Positions 48,420 through 60,070 are shown, numbered from the stretch's first letter. The stretch is 64,000 nucleotides of DNA from Octopus sinensis (GCF_006345805.1 NC_042999.1:91326001-91390000); one strand, 5' to 3'. A program made the numbers and translations. Notes: generated by a model not told the origin, from the letters alone.

Positions 48420-48800
48420 ATCACGTGAAGAGAAAAAAATATATTTGTAAAGGACATAAGAAAACAATGAATGAAAGAGATTTATGGCAAGAAGAAAATT
48501 TATGTTGAGTGAAAGTAATACTGAGCCAACTCCAGTGTTTACTCCACGTGTTCAACACGTAGAAGTACCTAACATATAATAAAAGGGTAAATTATATAGT
48601 AAATAAGTCTCATATCCACTCAAACATGACATATGTAATAAAGAGCCAGTGTTCTACTACTCACGGTTATTCAGGGATTAGATATACTTCGTAAAAAAAT
48701 ATATTTAACACATGCCGATTACTTTTATAACAACTAAGTTTGTATCGGTTAAAGGAAAACACCGGTTAAAGTGTTACCACATGACATGCGCAACCGGAAC
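48420..48800 (-). promoter_or_regulatory. Candidate NAT10 promoter / non-coding first exon region
   Basis: CACGTG at 48422-48427 and 48545-48550, CATGCGCA at 48785-48792, CCGGAA at 48794-48799, minus-strand donor CC|GTGAGT with exon end at 48665; lies just outside the CpG-poor domain. Confidence 0.45.
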
Positions 48801-49857
48801 ATCTCAACGATATTTGAGAGCACATGTTTGTTGCTAGTGAATTCTGATCGTGTATGTTTATAATTAATGTCATTTCCGTCGTTACCATACCATCTTTTAA
48901 GATATCTAGTTCTAAATTATCTAACCTGTCCTTTTCTTTTTAAAGATGAGTGTAGAGAACATTTAACTGTTTGTTTTTTTCGAAGTGGAGAGCCTGCATA
49001 GAAGTTTTTTCGCAGTCTTGAAGGTTTGTTGTTGTATCGGTATCACCGATCACTCCAGATTGAGCCGAGCTATGATGAAAACAAATTCCTACCGTAACCA
49101 TCGCATATTTTAAAATCAGGTAGTGTGTACCCAGGACCTCATTATTAAATGATCCTCATATAAAGTAGTAGGGTGTGTTTTGATGGAAATATAGCTGCTA
49201 TTTCTAGCACTTCGTGCAACATGGTAGAAGATCATTTCTATATCGTTACTCGAAATAAATGTATAGATAAGTATTGGAAAAAAATATTAAACAAGTTAAA
49301 CTAAAGTGTGTCTGTAGCATATTTTATGAAGGGGCGCTGAATCTATTTGATCGACTTATAATTTTTTTTTTATGAATTCAAGAGCGTATATATCAGCGGG
49401 CATGGTGTGGTGATATGTGAAATAAATGCAAAAGTTCCACTTTATTATTTTACATAAAATTTAATATTTGCCAGCTAGCCGACCTGTCTTGTTTGAGGCA
49501 TTTAAAAGATAAACACTGGGAATGATAGCTTTGAAATGGTAAATTATTAAACAAATGAGTAGGCATTTCCCCTATTGATCTTGATTTTATATCAAACCTA
49601 GTTTAGAAACACGAAGCATAAAAGTTAAAACATCACGTAAATTCACTAAGTACTCGTCTCCCGATACTCAATCCTAATATGATGTTCATTTGTTTTCCTG
49701 GTCTAGCGTGAAAATGCGACTATTAATTTAAAACTGAATTGAGCTAGAAATTTTGCATAAGGTAAAAGTAGAGACTCTTTATCAATAAAATGTTTCTTAC
49801 CTGCTTAAAAATACCTATATGATTTAATGGCTGCAGCGTAACGGTTTGTATTAATAG

Positions 49858-50068
49858 CCTTTCTACTATAGACACAAGGCCTGAAATTTTGGGGAAGGGA
49901 ACTAGTCGATTACATCGACCTCAATGCTCAGCTTTTACTTATTCTATCGATCTCTAAAGGATGAAAAGCAAAGTCGATTTCGTGGGGTGGGGGTGGGGGA
50001 TTTAGCTCAGAAGAAATGCCGCTAAGCATTCTGTTCGACATGCAAACGATTCCGTCAGCACGTCGCCC
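49858..50068 (-). mobile_element. SINE family C
   Basis: Colinear with other family C copies, CpGs retained. Confidence 0.8.
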
Positions 50069-50078
50069 TAAAGGTATA

Positions 50079-50588
50079 TCTCTATATATAAAACTCTAGT
50101 TGTGTGAGTGTCTGTCCCCTTCGATTTAGATTCCTAACTACTCCCACATTTTGCGGTGCAGTTTAACCAAATTCGGGTATCTTATAGTCGTGATTCATAT
50201 CGAGCCCGTCTGGCTATTAGCGCGCGTCAACGATGAGTCTACGATTTTAAAAATAATTTAACATCATTTTTTATTCCATTTTAATGCATAATTTTTCGTG
50301 TGTCGATGGCGGCGGAGTTGGCGTCCACGCTCACAGCTGCACCTGTTTGCTTCTCCCCCTTCCCTCCCTCGTGAAGCTGTGGGGAAGGGAGTGTAAAGAA
50401 ATCAACGTCGTAATGCGTTGTCAAGGAGACCAGCGTTCTTTTAGAACAACGACTTCATGGCTTGAAGACACCAAAACAGAAATGGCTAAGAAAGCCCGAA
50501 TTGGCATCTATAAGGGAAGTAACTCTCTAAAAATGCTTATATAGTTATTTCCCTTACAAACCCGAGCAACGCCGGGCGATACTGCTAG
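50079..50588 (+). mobile_element. Non-autonomous Helitron, copy 1 (510 bp)
   Basis: A|TC start, CTAG end, hairpin CCCGAGCAACGCCGGG about a dozen nt before the end. Confidence 0.85.
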
Positions 50589-51097
50589 TCTATATATATA
50601 AACCTGTAGTTGTGTGAGTGTCTGTCCCCTTCGATTTAGATTCCTAACTACTCCCACATTTTGCGGTGCAGTTTAACCAAATTTGGGTATCTTATAGTCG
50701 TGATTAATATCGAGCCCGTCTGGGTATTAGCGCGCGTCTACGATGAGTCTACGATTTTAAAAATAATTTAACATCTTTTTTTTCCATTTCTTCCAATTTT
50801 TTCGTGTGTCGATGGCGGCGGAGTTGGCGTTCACGGTCACACCTGCACCTGTGTTGTTTCTCCCCCTTCTTCCCTCCCTCGTGAAGCTGTGGGGAAGGGA
50901 GTGTAAGGAAATCAACGTCGTAAAGCGTTGTCTAGGAGACCAGCGTTCTTTTAGAACAACGACTTCATGGCTTGAAGACACCAAAATTACCATAATTTTT
51001 ATTCCATTTTTAATGCATCTTTTTGCTATAACTCACTAAAAATGCTTATATAGTTATTTCCCTTACAAGCCCGAGCAACGCCGGGCGATATTGCTAG
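50589..51097 (+). mobile_element. Non-autonomous Helitron, copy 2 (509 bp), head-to-tail with copy 1
   Basis: TC start directly after copy 1 CTAG; ends CTAG|T; same hairpin. Confidence 0.85.
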
Positions 51098-51269
51098 TAT
51101 TAAATACATCAGTAATATACTGATTCGTTCAACGGATTTTATGAGAAATAAAACGATTACACTCAATTATTATATGATGAGTTAATGCATCGAAATAGAG
51201 AACTAAAATGATAAGTATTAGACTTGGAATAAAAACTAGTCAGACTTTTTTACGGTTGCTATCCATTCA

Positions 51270-51610
51270 GTTTGATTGTAATTTGTTTTGCAACATCAAT
51301 ATTAGCAATTGGGAAGCAGTTGCCAGCAACCGTGGAGATTGCCAACGTACCATAAAAGAGGGAACACAAAGGAGAGACAGAGAGAGAGAGAGGAGACATG
51401 GAAAGACAAGAAAAGACGTCAACAAGAAACTATGACATTACAACCAGTCAGGCAAAGTCTTCGCTACATTTGCGGCACCTGCCAGAGGGTGTGCTTGTCC
51501 AGGATAGGACGACACAGCCACAGCAGATGTATTAGGACATGGAATGTAAAAGCCGGACTAGATTGTTTTATGCGCAACTCCATTGTCTCCAGAGACAAAA
51601 AGGATGCCAA
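51270..51610 (+). mobile_element. RTE/BovB-like LINE 3' fragment
   Basis: NWEAVASNRGDCQRTIKEG and YICGTCQRVCLSRIGRHSHSRC (C-terminal Cys/His knuckle). Confidence 0.75.
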
Positions 51611-51879
51611 CAACAATATATCTGATCACCTTTCATAAAAGTTGAATGCAATATACTATTACCATCATAGAGCAAGTACGTAATCACTGAATTGGAATCG
51701 ATAGCCTGCGAACATTTTTAATTAAAAGTGTATTGGACCTACGAACAATTTCGTGTGTTGAATCAACCTGAAACAACGAATCTTTCATATAAGTTGAAAG
51801 GTAGTACAATACTATGATAATAAAGCTTGTTGCATGTGTCCTCTATCATGTTACTCTTCGGTTATTCGGCGTCGAAACG

Positions 51880-52530
51880 AACACACTACATTGGCATTCT
51901 GGTCATCGAGCATCATAAGAATGTACTTCCTATCTGTTTTGTTGATATACTGAAGCTCTTTCAGTAACTTCATCGTCATATTCTGTCGTTGAGGCGTAGA
52001 TTTTGTACCTCTGTAAAACTGAAAAGGGTTTTGCCTGCAGAGGAAAAAAATGGTCATGCTCGTGCTGGGCACTGGTTGGCACCCTAGTACAGAGTTCTTG
52101 ATGTACTAGGAGCCCTACTCCATTTGCATTCTCTCCACTGAAGGAGATGTTATTCCTCTGTTTATTTCTTTTCAAGTGCTCGTTGTCTGATTTTACTGAG
52201 TTCGAGGAGGTATCAGTTGTACCTTTCCAGACTGGAAGGATATTCTTATCATATGTTGGAATGCCAATGTAGGGAAGAACGCACAGTGTGATTGTGGGGT
52301 GAGAGGGGATAGCGCCTATTGGAATTTGCCTGATATCACATATTGCTGTCAAAATTATGGTAAATACAAAGCATCTTGTAAGCGGACTTGGCATGCTCCT
52401 AATAAACCAGTTTACCAGATCGAAGTTAGTACTAGAACGGTACAAAACTGGAGTAAAAAGAGAAAAGGCAAGAACATTCCTAGGAGTCAGTCGTTCATGG
52501 TTCGCAAGAAGAAGAAGAAGAAGAAGTGCC
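51880..52530. mobile_element. RTE APE-endonuclease fragment with inverted 5' part
   Basis: Minus: FSGENANGVGLLV...LQAKPFS...IYASTTEYDDE...ILMMLDDQNANV. Plus: ILII..NANVGK...TWHAPN...RYKTGVKREKARTFLG, then (GAA)n. Confidence 0.75.
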
Positions 52531-55500
52531 AAAATAGATAAAGAAAACGTTTAGTTTAGAAATAATGTATTCCAAACCAGATGCTATGTACATATTCAAG
52601 ATTAAGATATTTAATGACGGTCGGAGATTAACTTTATCCATAGGCAGTGTATATGTAAATATTAAAAGCACAAAAACGTTCATCACTGAAGATGTGGTTA
52701 ATAGTATTAAAACATTTAATTTCACTAATAACTGACCTCCAATATTTAGAATCACTTCCTCCTGATTGTGGTACCTCTAAACGTAAGATATATTTTTTAG
52801 TCTTATTTTCACTAGATTTTGAGGCTCACTTCTAATTTACAAAATATTTCTGTAGAATTTGTCAGTATCATTGCATCAGTGAGTCTATGTGTTAGAATGT
52901 TCTTGTTCACTTTTCTGGTAATACTGATTATTAGTTAAACTTCCACAGCTCCTAACCTTAACTGTACTTAAGCCTTATAGGATCTATGTGACGTTAGTTT
53001 CTCAGACCGAGTACTGGAATTGTAAAATGTCAGCCGTTTCCGTCTTCTGTCACCTTAGAAATGAAGTATTTATACGAATGTCGATGTGTTAAATGAATCC
53101 TAGATTTGATATCAAAATATTTCTGTAAAGGATCTCCTGAAATATGACCGGGTGGCAATATAGATTTAGTGTAAGCTAAAGAAGCTGCATCTTAGGTCTT
53201 CACTATCTGCAGTGACCTCAAAATAATTGAAAGACATATATATTTCCAGTTATTGTGAGGGATTCGATGTAATTTTTCAATAAGGATCATCCAAGATTTA
53301 TATAGCCTAGGATAATGGCTTCCAGCATAGAGCTGTATCTGTATGGTTTCGTGAAAAACGACAATGATGGTATGCGAAAACATCCTTCATTAATTTTTGT
53401 ATTTAACACCGTATTTATTTTATTATGCATGCAAGGAATATTCTTTAAGCTAGGCAAATCCTGGCATATGTAAGTATTAAGGAGAACCTATGGGCTGAGT
53501 AACTTTCTAACAGGAATTGTTGGGGATTTTGGCCTAATCAAGTTCTTTGTTTAGACGGAATTTCATAGAACTTCTTTGCCGATGTCTGATGCATTTAGCA
53601 CTGCCAAGATAGTTTTATGATTTGTTTAATTTCTTTGAAATCTAACTTTAGGAAACAGAAAGGAAAGGGTTAATATTGAGACTTTACGCTGACATATAAA
53701 GCTTCAAAGATCAAAAGCTTTGAAACACTCTGCCACTAAGGACATGTCAATTTAGTCTCCTTCAACAGCATCAAGATACAAAATCACCATGCAAAATCCA
53801 TCTCATCCTCTTCCTTATGTGTGAACAATAAGCGCCCTTCTCCTTTCACACCAAAGGCACAACAAATGTAATCCTTTCTAATCTCAAATGGTGAATTCGC
53901 GTATAAACTATGGTCGAACCAAGTGACAAACGTTGAACGTCTAAGTTCGAGTGGCTGGATTTGGAAAATACAAATATGGAATGTTACAATTAAATTCAAA
54001 TGAATTTTAACTTTCCGTGCAAAATCTTAATGGTTTTTTAAAGAATAAGTAAAAGAATTATTTGACATGTACAATATGGTTATTTAAATATTCTTACCTT
54101 TAGTTATATTTCTCGGATGATTTGTCTTTCTTAACAGATCCTTGTGTTGCAGAGCTTTATCATAAAATTCCTTACAATGATGGTCTAGGTTCCACTTCTA
54201 TTCTAACATGGATTATATTGTAGCCGCTTCCTACTTATTCCGTTCTTTTAGCCATTGATCACTTCTTAACTAGAAAACGCATAACATTTAAACATTACGA
54301 GTTGGTATGCTGACGAAATAAGTGAATGTATAAAAATTAGTAACTCTGAGAATTATTCTTTAACTTAAGCTTGTTGAAGAAGAGTCTGCCATTTTCATTG
54401 CATACCTTCGGGATTTTACATTCCATTTCTTGTTCAATAACAGCACATATGATGAGTCAACTTGTCCCCTTGTTGGAAGAGTATTTGATAAGACCTATGG
54501 AAAAACCATTAAAAATTTTTCAACAAATCTATTCTGCAAGTCAATCAGAGTGTCATAATAATTATCCACTTCAAAGGGCAAATTTTTTTCTGCTCAAACG
54601 TAAAGTTGTCAGTATTTAGGTAAGCCTTGACACGGAGAGGGATAAACTTATCATTGTATCTATCATTTACAGTTAACGAGTTTCTTTAAGCAATGGCGTA
54701 ACCCAAAACAGTATTTGGTCTGTTTCAAGTTTGCTCAATGCTATTGTTAAAAAGATGATGAAAATTGTGAATAAGAAATAAGTAAGCTTCACTCAATCGA
54801 TTATTGAAAAAATACCGAGAAGAATTTGCGGGTTCTTTTCTATGGAATTACTGTAGAATTTCAGCGCTTCAATAAAGAAAATATTCGCTTCGTTGCACTC
54901 ACTGAGGAAATTCTATGCGTTTTAGAATGTGAGTGAACAGAAAGATATTTATTGAACGGCAACCAAATCACACAAATCCTTCGAACAATACGAATGCTGA
55001 AGAAAAATACAAAAAATATGATAAATCATTTTCATCGCAGTTACTTCAACATCAACTGAAAGAAAAGCAGCCGAATGAGCAGAACTGTACGGAATATGAG
55101 TTGAACAGCCCAACTCCTATTCATGGAATCATTCATGCTTTGTTTTGAATTTCTATTGATGATATTTACACATAACGACAAATGACCAATTATTATTGCG
55201 TTTCCCTATCAAAAGCATTTTTTCATGCCCAATTTTTAACTCGGTAAAACTTACCGTGCAAAATCTTAATGTAGTTACTTAAGTCTCACTTGGAAGCAGT
55301 TTTACTAGTAATAAATTTATCAGTAAATCTTTCTTTCTAAGGAAAAAAATACGGCACATTTATAGGAAATTTTTTTTTCTGCTTTGTACTTATTTGTATC
55401 CATAAATATTCTGTAAAAAGAAGTGGTATTTAGACCTTTGACAATCTCTGGAATAGTGGATGGAGGAGCTACTACAATTTTTAAAATTATCATTGAAGTA

Positions 55501-56989
55501 TATTTCGTCTTAGTTCATTAAAACTTACTTGTCTTCATAATTAGAAAACACTGCCTGTAAAAGTGATTTTATTTAATCATTCGAACTAAATGACTGATTA
55601 TGCTGGACAGTGTAGAAGGCCATTACAACTTCTGCAGCTACTATTTTAGAATCATCTGTGGAATTTGAGGAAAATCTCTATCATTTGTGCTTTACAATTT
55701 CTATATGCTGTGTTTCTCAGCGCGCTCAATATTAAATGTACAATTACATATTCAGCAATCAGCTTCAAAAACAACGTTTTCCCTTCTTTAACAGACGTTC
55801 AATCTTTCGAATATTCATCGCGAAATTTATGTTTGCATTTCAGTATTTCAGGATTAAATAAATTACTATTTACTTAGAGAACACTGATGCACCTGTGACC
55901 TGCACAATATAAAATGCATAACGGATACATTGAGAACGCGTGCGGCAAGGTTGTCGGTTGGACCAGCCATACAAACACGCATTACATCCTGTGAAAGACT
56001 CATGCGACAGAGTATAGGCCTATCGACGTACGCATCAGAAGAAGGAGAGTTACTAAGAGACAAAGTGTGTAGTCTATTTTGAGAATATCCCTGTGCGAGG
56101 TTTGGGGTTTATATCTCATCGACGAGAACACAGATCAATTTCTTCTGATATAGCATTTATATTTATTCATATTACCTATCCGAGATGAAGTCTTTTCTCA
56201 GAAGGAAAGCATGAAGAAAGAGAGAACAGCAAAGATATGATGAAACGTAGGAATATAATACATACGTATCTCAGGACAAGGAGAGTGGCTGTTTTTCAGT
56301 TAGGATAGTCCTTGTTAATTGTTCAAAAGTAGGAGAAATGCTTACGTTGAAATGTTATCACTTAGAAGTCCGGCAAGACGCAAGAGATGTCCCACAGCAA
56401 AAGCAAGAGGTGGATTCGAATATTAACTATTTCCTATAGCTACTCATTAAACATTTGCATCTGTCAACAAGATTTTATATAATTTTAGACTTGGCACCAA
56501 AAGAGGATTACACGAAAGAGTTTTCTACATTCTCTTAGAATTACGATCAAGTAAGTCAGATTATTTTTGATTTATAGAGACAGGTTGCGGTAGGCGTTGA
56601 TTGACTGACGAGAATTGGCCAGCTCTTCCAAACATAAAAGTCGTAAGGAAGTTGACTGTATATCAGTACGAGTACGAGGTGTGTAATATACATGTACAAT
56701 TGCTTGTGAGCTAGTAGTTCGACCGACTTAGTGCTACATTAATGTTATTTTAGCGAAATAAAAATTAATACAAAATTTTATAATTTACTTAAAAAAAAAC
56801 GGTTTCGAATACAGAACAATATGGTGTCCCGATAACATGAATATAAGACAAGAAATAAAAGTGATTAAGCAGGAGACATGTTCCGATACACAGGACGTTT
56901 AGCAATCCTACCCACATAGTGGCTGCTCGACCTGCTAGAAATAGCAACGAAATCTCTTTCAGTTATCATCTTACCAGATTAAATAATCC

Positions 56990-57200
56990 TTTTTATTATA
57001 AGCACAGGCCTGAAATTTGGGGGAGGTGGCCAGTCAATTAGATCGACCCGGGTACACAACTGGTACTTAATTTATAAACCTCGAAAGGATGAAAGGTAAA
57101 GTCGACCTCTGTGGAATTTGAACTCAGAACATAGCAACGGGCGAAATACTTCTAAGTATTTCGTCCAGCGTGCTAACGATTCTGCCAGTTCGCGGCCTTT
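56990..57200 (-). mobile_element. SINE family C
   Basis: Near-complete copy, 11 CpGs counted. Confidence 0.85.
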
Positions 57201-57284
57201 TTCCAGATTAAAGAAGGCAAGACATGCTGGATAATGTCTTCATAAATACACTATGCATTAAAACTGGCACGTCATATATCAGTG

Positions 57285-57475
57285 CATGTTAGCACGCCGG
57301 ACAAAATGCTTACCAGCATTTCTCTGGGCTCTAAGTTCCGAGTTCAAATTCCGCTGAGGTCAAATTTGTCTTTCATCATTTCGGGGTCGACAAAATAAAT
57401 ACGAGTAAGCATTGTGGCCGATGTAATTGACTAGTCCTCTCCCATCAAACATCAGGCCATGTGCCTATAGAAGAA
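57285..57475 (+). mobile_element. SINE family C
   Basis: gttagcacgccggacaaaatgc...gagttcaaattccgctgagg. Confidence 0.85.
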
Positions 57476-57483
57476 AAAAGTTT

Positions 57484-58422
57484 GGATCTTTTCCTTTTGA
57501 ACGGCACTTTGTAACATAATTTCTAGTTAACTAAACACTTTTAAACTTCGTATACTGGTAGAATGTGTCTATAAAACATCATTCTATAGGTTGTAAGATA
57601 TTTCGTCTGAAATTTCGAGCATTTCAGCAATTTTAACCAATCGCTGGAGTCCATTTAGGCACTTTGTAACATAATTTCTAGTTAACTAAACACTTTTAAA
57701 CTTCGTATACTAGTAGAATGTGTTTATAAAACATCATTCTATAGGTTGTAAGATATTTCGAGCATTTCGGGAATTTTAAACAATCGCTGGAGTCCATTTA
57801 GGTAAACAACATTCCGTGCTGTATGAATATGTCCCACCTTTAAGAAACAGATTGGGTTTATTTACATTTGTGAAGAAAAAATATACCCTTCCCCAACCCC
57901 TAACCCTAACTAACCCTAACCCTAAATCTAAAATAGATTGAAATGCAATAGATCGATCCTAGGGCCATAATTATGGGTGACATTTTCATTTGACACCGCT
58001 AGAAAAACATCCCATTTTCCGTAGCGGTGTCGTATGAAATTGTCACCCATAATTATGGCCCTAGTATCGATCTATTCAATTTCAATCTATTTTAGATTTA
58101 GGGTTAGTTAGGATTAGGGTTAGAGTTAGGGTTAGGGTTAGAGGTAGAGGAAGGGTATCTTTTTTCTTCACAAATGTAAATAAACCCAATCTGTTTCTTA
58201 AAGGGGGACGGAATGTCGTTTACCTAAATGGACTCCAGCGATTGGTTAAAATTGCCGAAATGCTCGAAATTTCAGACTAAATATCTTACAACCTATAGAA
58301 TTTTCTCAATAAAGCCAATAAAAAACGATGTTTTATAAACACATTCTACCAGTATACGAAGTTTAAAGTGTTTAGTTAACTAGAAATTGTGTTGAAAAGT
58401 GCCGTTCAAAAGGAAAAGATCC
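57484..58422. mobile_element. Fold-back non-autonomous DNA transposon, 939 bp, 8-bp TSD AAAAGTTT
   Basis: GGATCTTTTCCTTTTGAACGGCACTTT at the left end and its reverse complement at the right; arms complementary up to a ~20 nt centre at 58002-58021; TSD at 57476-57483 and 58423-58430. Confidence 0.92.
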
Positions 58423-58439
58423 AAAAGTTTTACCATATC

Positions 58440-58830
58440 TACACCGGAAACAGAGCATTGCTATTATCTATGCTGTAGCCACAGTACTGTTGTTACCTAT
58501 ACTGCAATTAAAACATTACTATAGTCTATGCGGTGGAGGCACGTGGCTTAGTGGTTAGAGCAGCGGACTCGCCGTCGAGGGATCGCGGGTTTGAATCTCA
58601 GACCGGGCAACCAAGACATAACTGATCCTCATACTGCAACTAGAACATTGCTAGAGGGTATATTGTAGTCACAGCACTGCTGCTTTCCATACTGTAGCTA
58701 GAACACTGCTGTCGTCTGTACTGCAGTCAGAATGTCGATACGGTCTCTGCACTAGCTACAACATTAGTGTGGTTCATACGTCAGCCAGAACACAAGTATA
58801 GTCTATAATAGTGAAGCTAGAACACACAGC
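58440..58830. repeat. Degenerate ~29 nt minisatellite interrupted by the tRNA-like head
   Basis: Recurring CATACTGYAGCTAGAACACTGCT-like units. Confidence 0.6.
58535..58610 (+). mobile_element. tRNA-like SINE head (not called as a tRNA gene)
   Basis: A-box TGGCTTAGTGG, B-box GGTTTGAATCTC; no clean acceptor-stem closure. Confidence 0.65.
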
Positions 58831-59287
58831 TTGTGTCCATTATGTAAGATAGTGGAAATGGCTGAGAGTTCAATGTATGCGCTGAAATAAATGAATAAGT
58901 AATTAGTCTCATCTTTAGTTCGTTTTTCGTGCCAACTAAACTTTAATTTACATTTTATTCCTCCGGGTTTCATTAAATTAAATACTTTCGATATACTGCG
59001 GTCGATTCATCTGATATGAATACATTTATTAAAAGTTTACTTTTTGTTTAGTAAAATAATAATCTATTAACAATTCATTAAAATTAATGCAATTTTGTTC
59101 GCAGTTTTGCTTTCATATAAGTAACTTGAGTCAAACTACACTCACCGTGCACACTATGTGTTGATATAATGAGTGAATTGGAGTGGGCTGATAACTGGGG
59201 GATAGCGATTGAGAAAACAGTAATATATCCTTTATTATATATCATTGTATGTAAGTATATAATGACGTTCACGTCATTACCTACTGT

Positions 59288-59510
59288 GAAGGCGGCGAGC
59301 TGGCAGTACCATTAGCGCGTCGGACAAAATGCTTAACAGCATTTCTTCTGGCTCTTTACGTTCTGAGTTCGAATACCGCTGAGGTTGACTTTGCCTTTCC
59401 TCCTTTCGGGGCTAATGAAATAAATACCAATCAATGACTGGCGTTGATGTAATCGATTTGCTCTCTCCCCTAAAAAAATCTCAGGCCTTGAGCTTATATT
59501 AGAAATGATT
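59288..59510 (+). mobile_element. SINE family C
   Basis: ggcggcgagctggcag head; 11 CpGs counted. Confidence 0.85.
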
Positions 59511-59829
59511 ATTTAGCGTGTGGCTTTGTTGTTAGGCTGCTGGACTGGGTAGTGCAAGATCGTGGATTCAATTCCTCGGTGGGCAACACGTTGTCTTTCG
59601 GCAAGACATTTCATTTCTTGCTGTTGCAGTTTCACTCAAATGAAAGTGAATTGCGTAGAAGTGCTGCTGTACGTCCACTCTGTCGTTATTTGTTCGTTCG
59701 AAGCTCTAACTCTCCACAAATGTTATAGTCATGAAATTTCTGGATGCTGCTGTTTTATGGTTTCCTATCTTGTCAGTAAAATTTCGAAATAGGGACAGTC
59801 GACAACTGAGGCGAGGTTAGACTTCTTTT

Positions 59830-60041
59830 GGTATTTTGTCCCGTACTTGTCTCTCATTATGTGTTTACGTATTTTTCACTTGTCGATGATGTCCTGTTCA
59901 TATCGTATATTTTTTGGTATACTATCCTGTACTTACCTCTCGTGTGTTTACGTATTTTTCACTCGTTGGTGATGTCCTGTATTTGATGTATTTTAAATCT
60001 ATTTATACATACATACATACATACATACATACATACATACA

Positions 60042-60070
<29 letters not shown>
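59830..60070. repeat. Two copies of a ~85 nt unit followed by (TACA)n
   Basis: gtgtttacgtatttttcact...gatgtcctgt occurs twice; (TACA)n at ~60005-60070. Confidence 0.8.

Noticed and set aside
5088-48800. Intronic U13/SNORD13 or other box C/D snoRNA hosted by NAT10
   Set aside because: By eye I found no CCTTGTTACGAC-type guide; near matches at ~5250 and ~29945 break off. RTGATGA candidates at ~30075 and ~45105 lack a suitably placed CTGA. An Infernal/snoscan run would be needed to exclude it.
50284-51039. Duplicated ORFs (50284..50544, 50806..51039) as a gene pair
   Set aside because: They are internal to the two Helitron units, have no RepHel motifs, and their ends differ.
57895-58142. Telomeric repeats as a chromosome end or fusion site
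   Set aside because: The tracts are short, degenerate and enclosed by transposon TIRs and a TSD.
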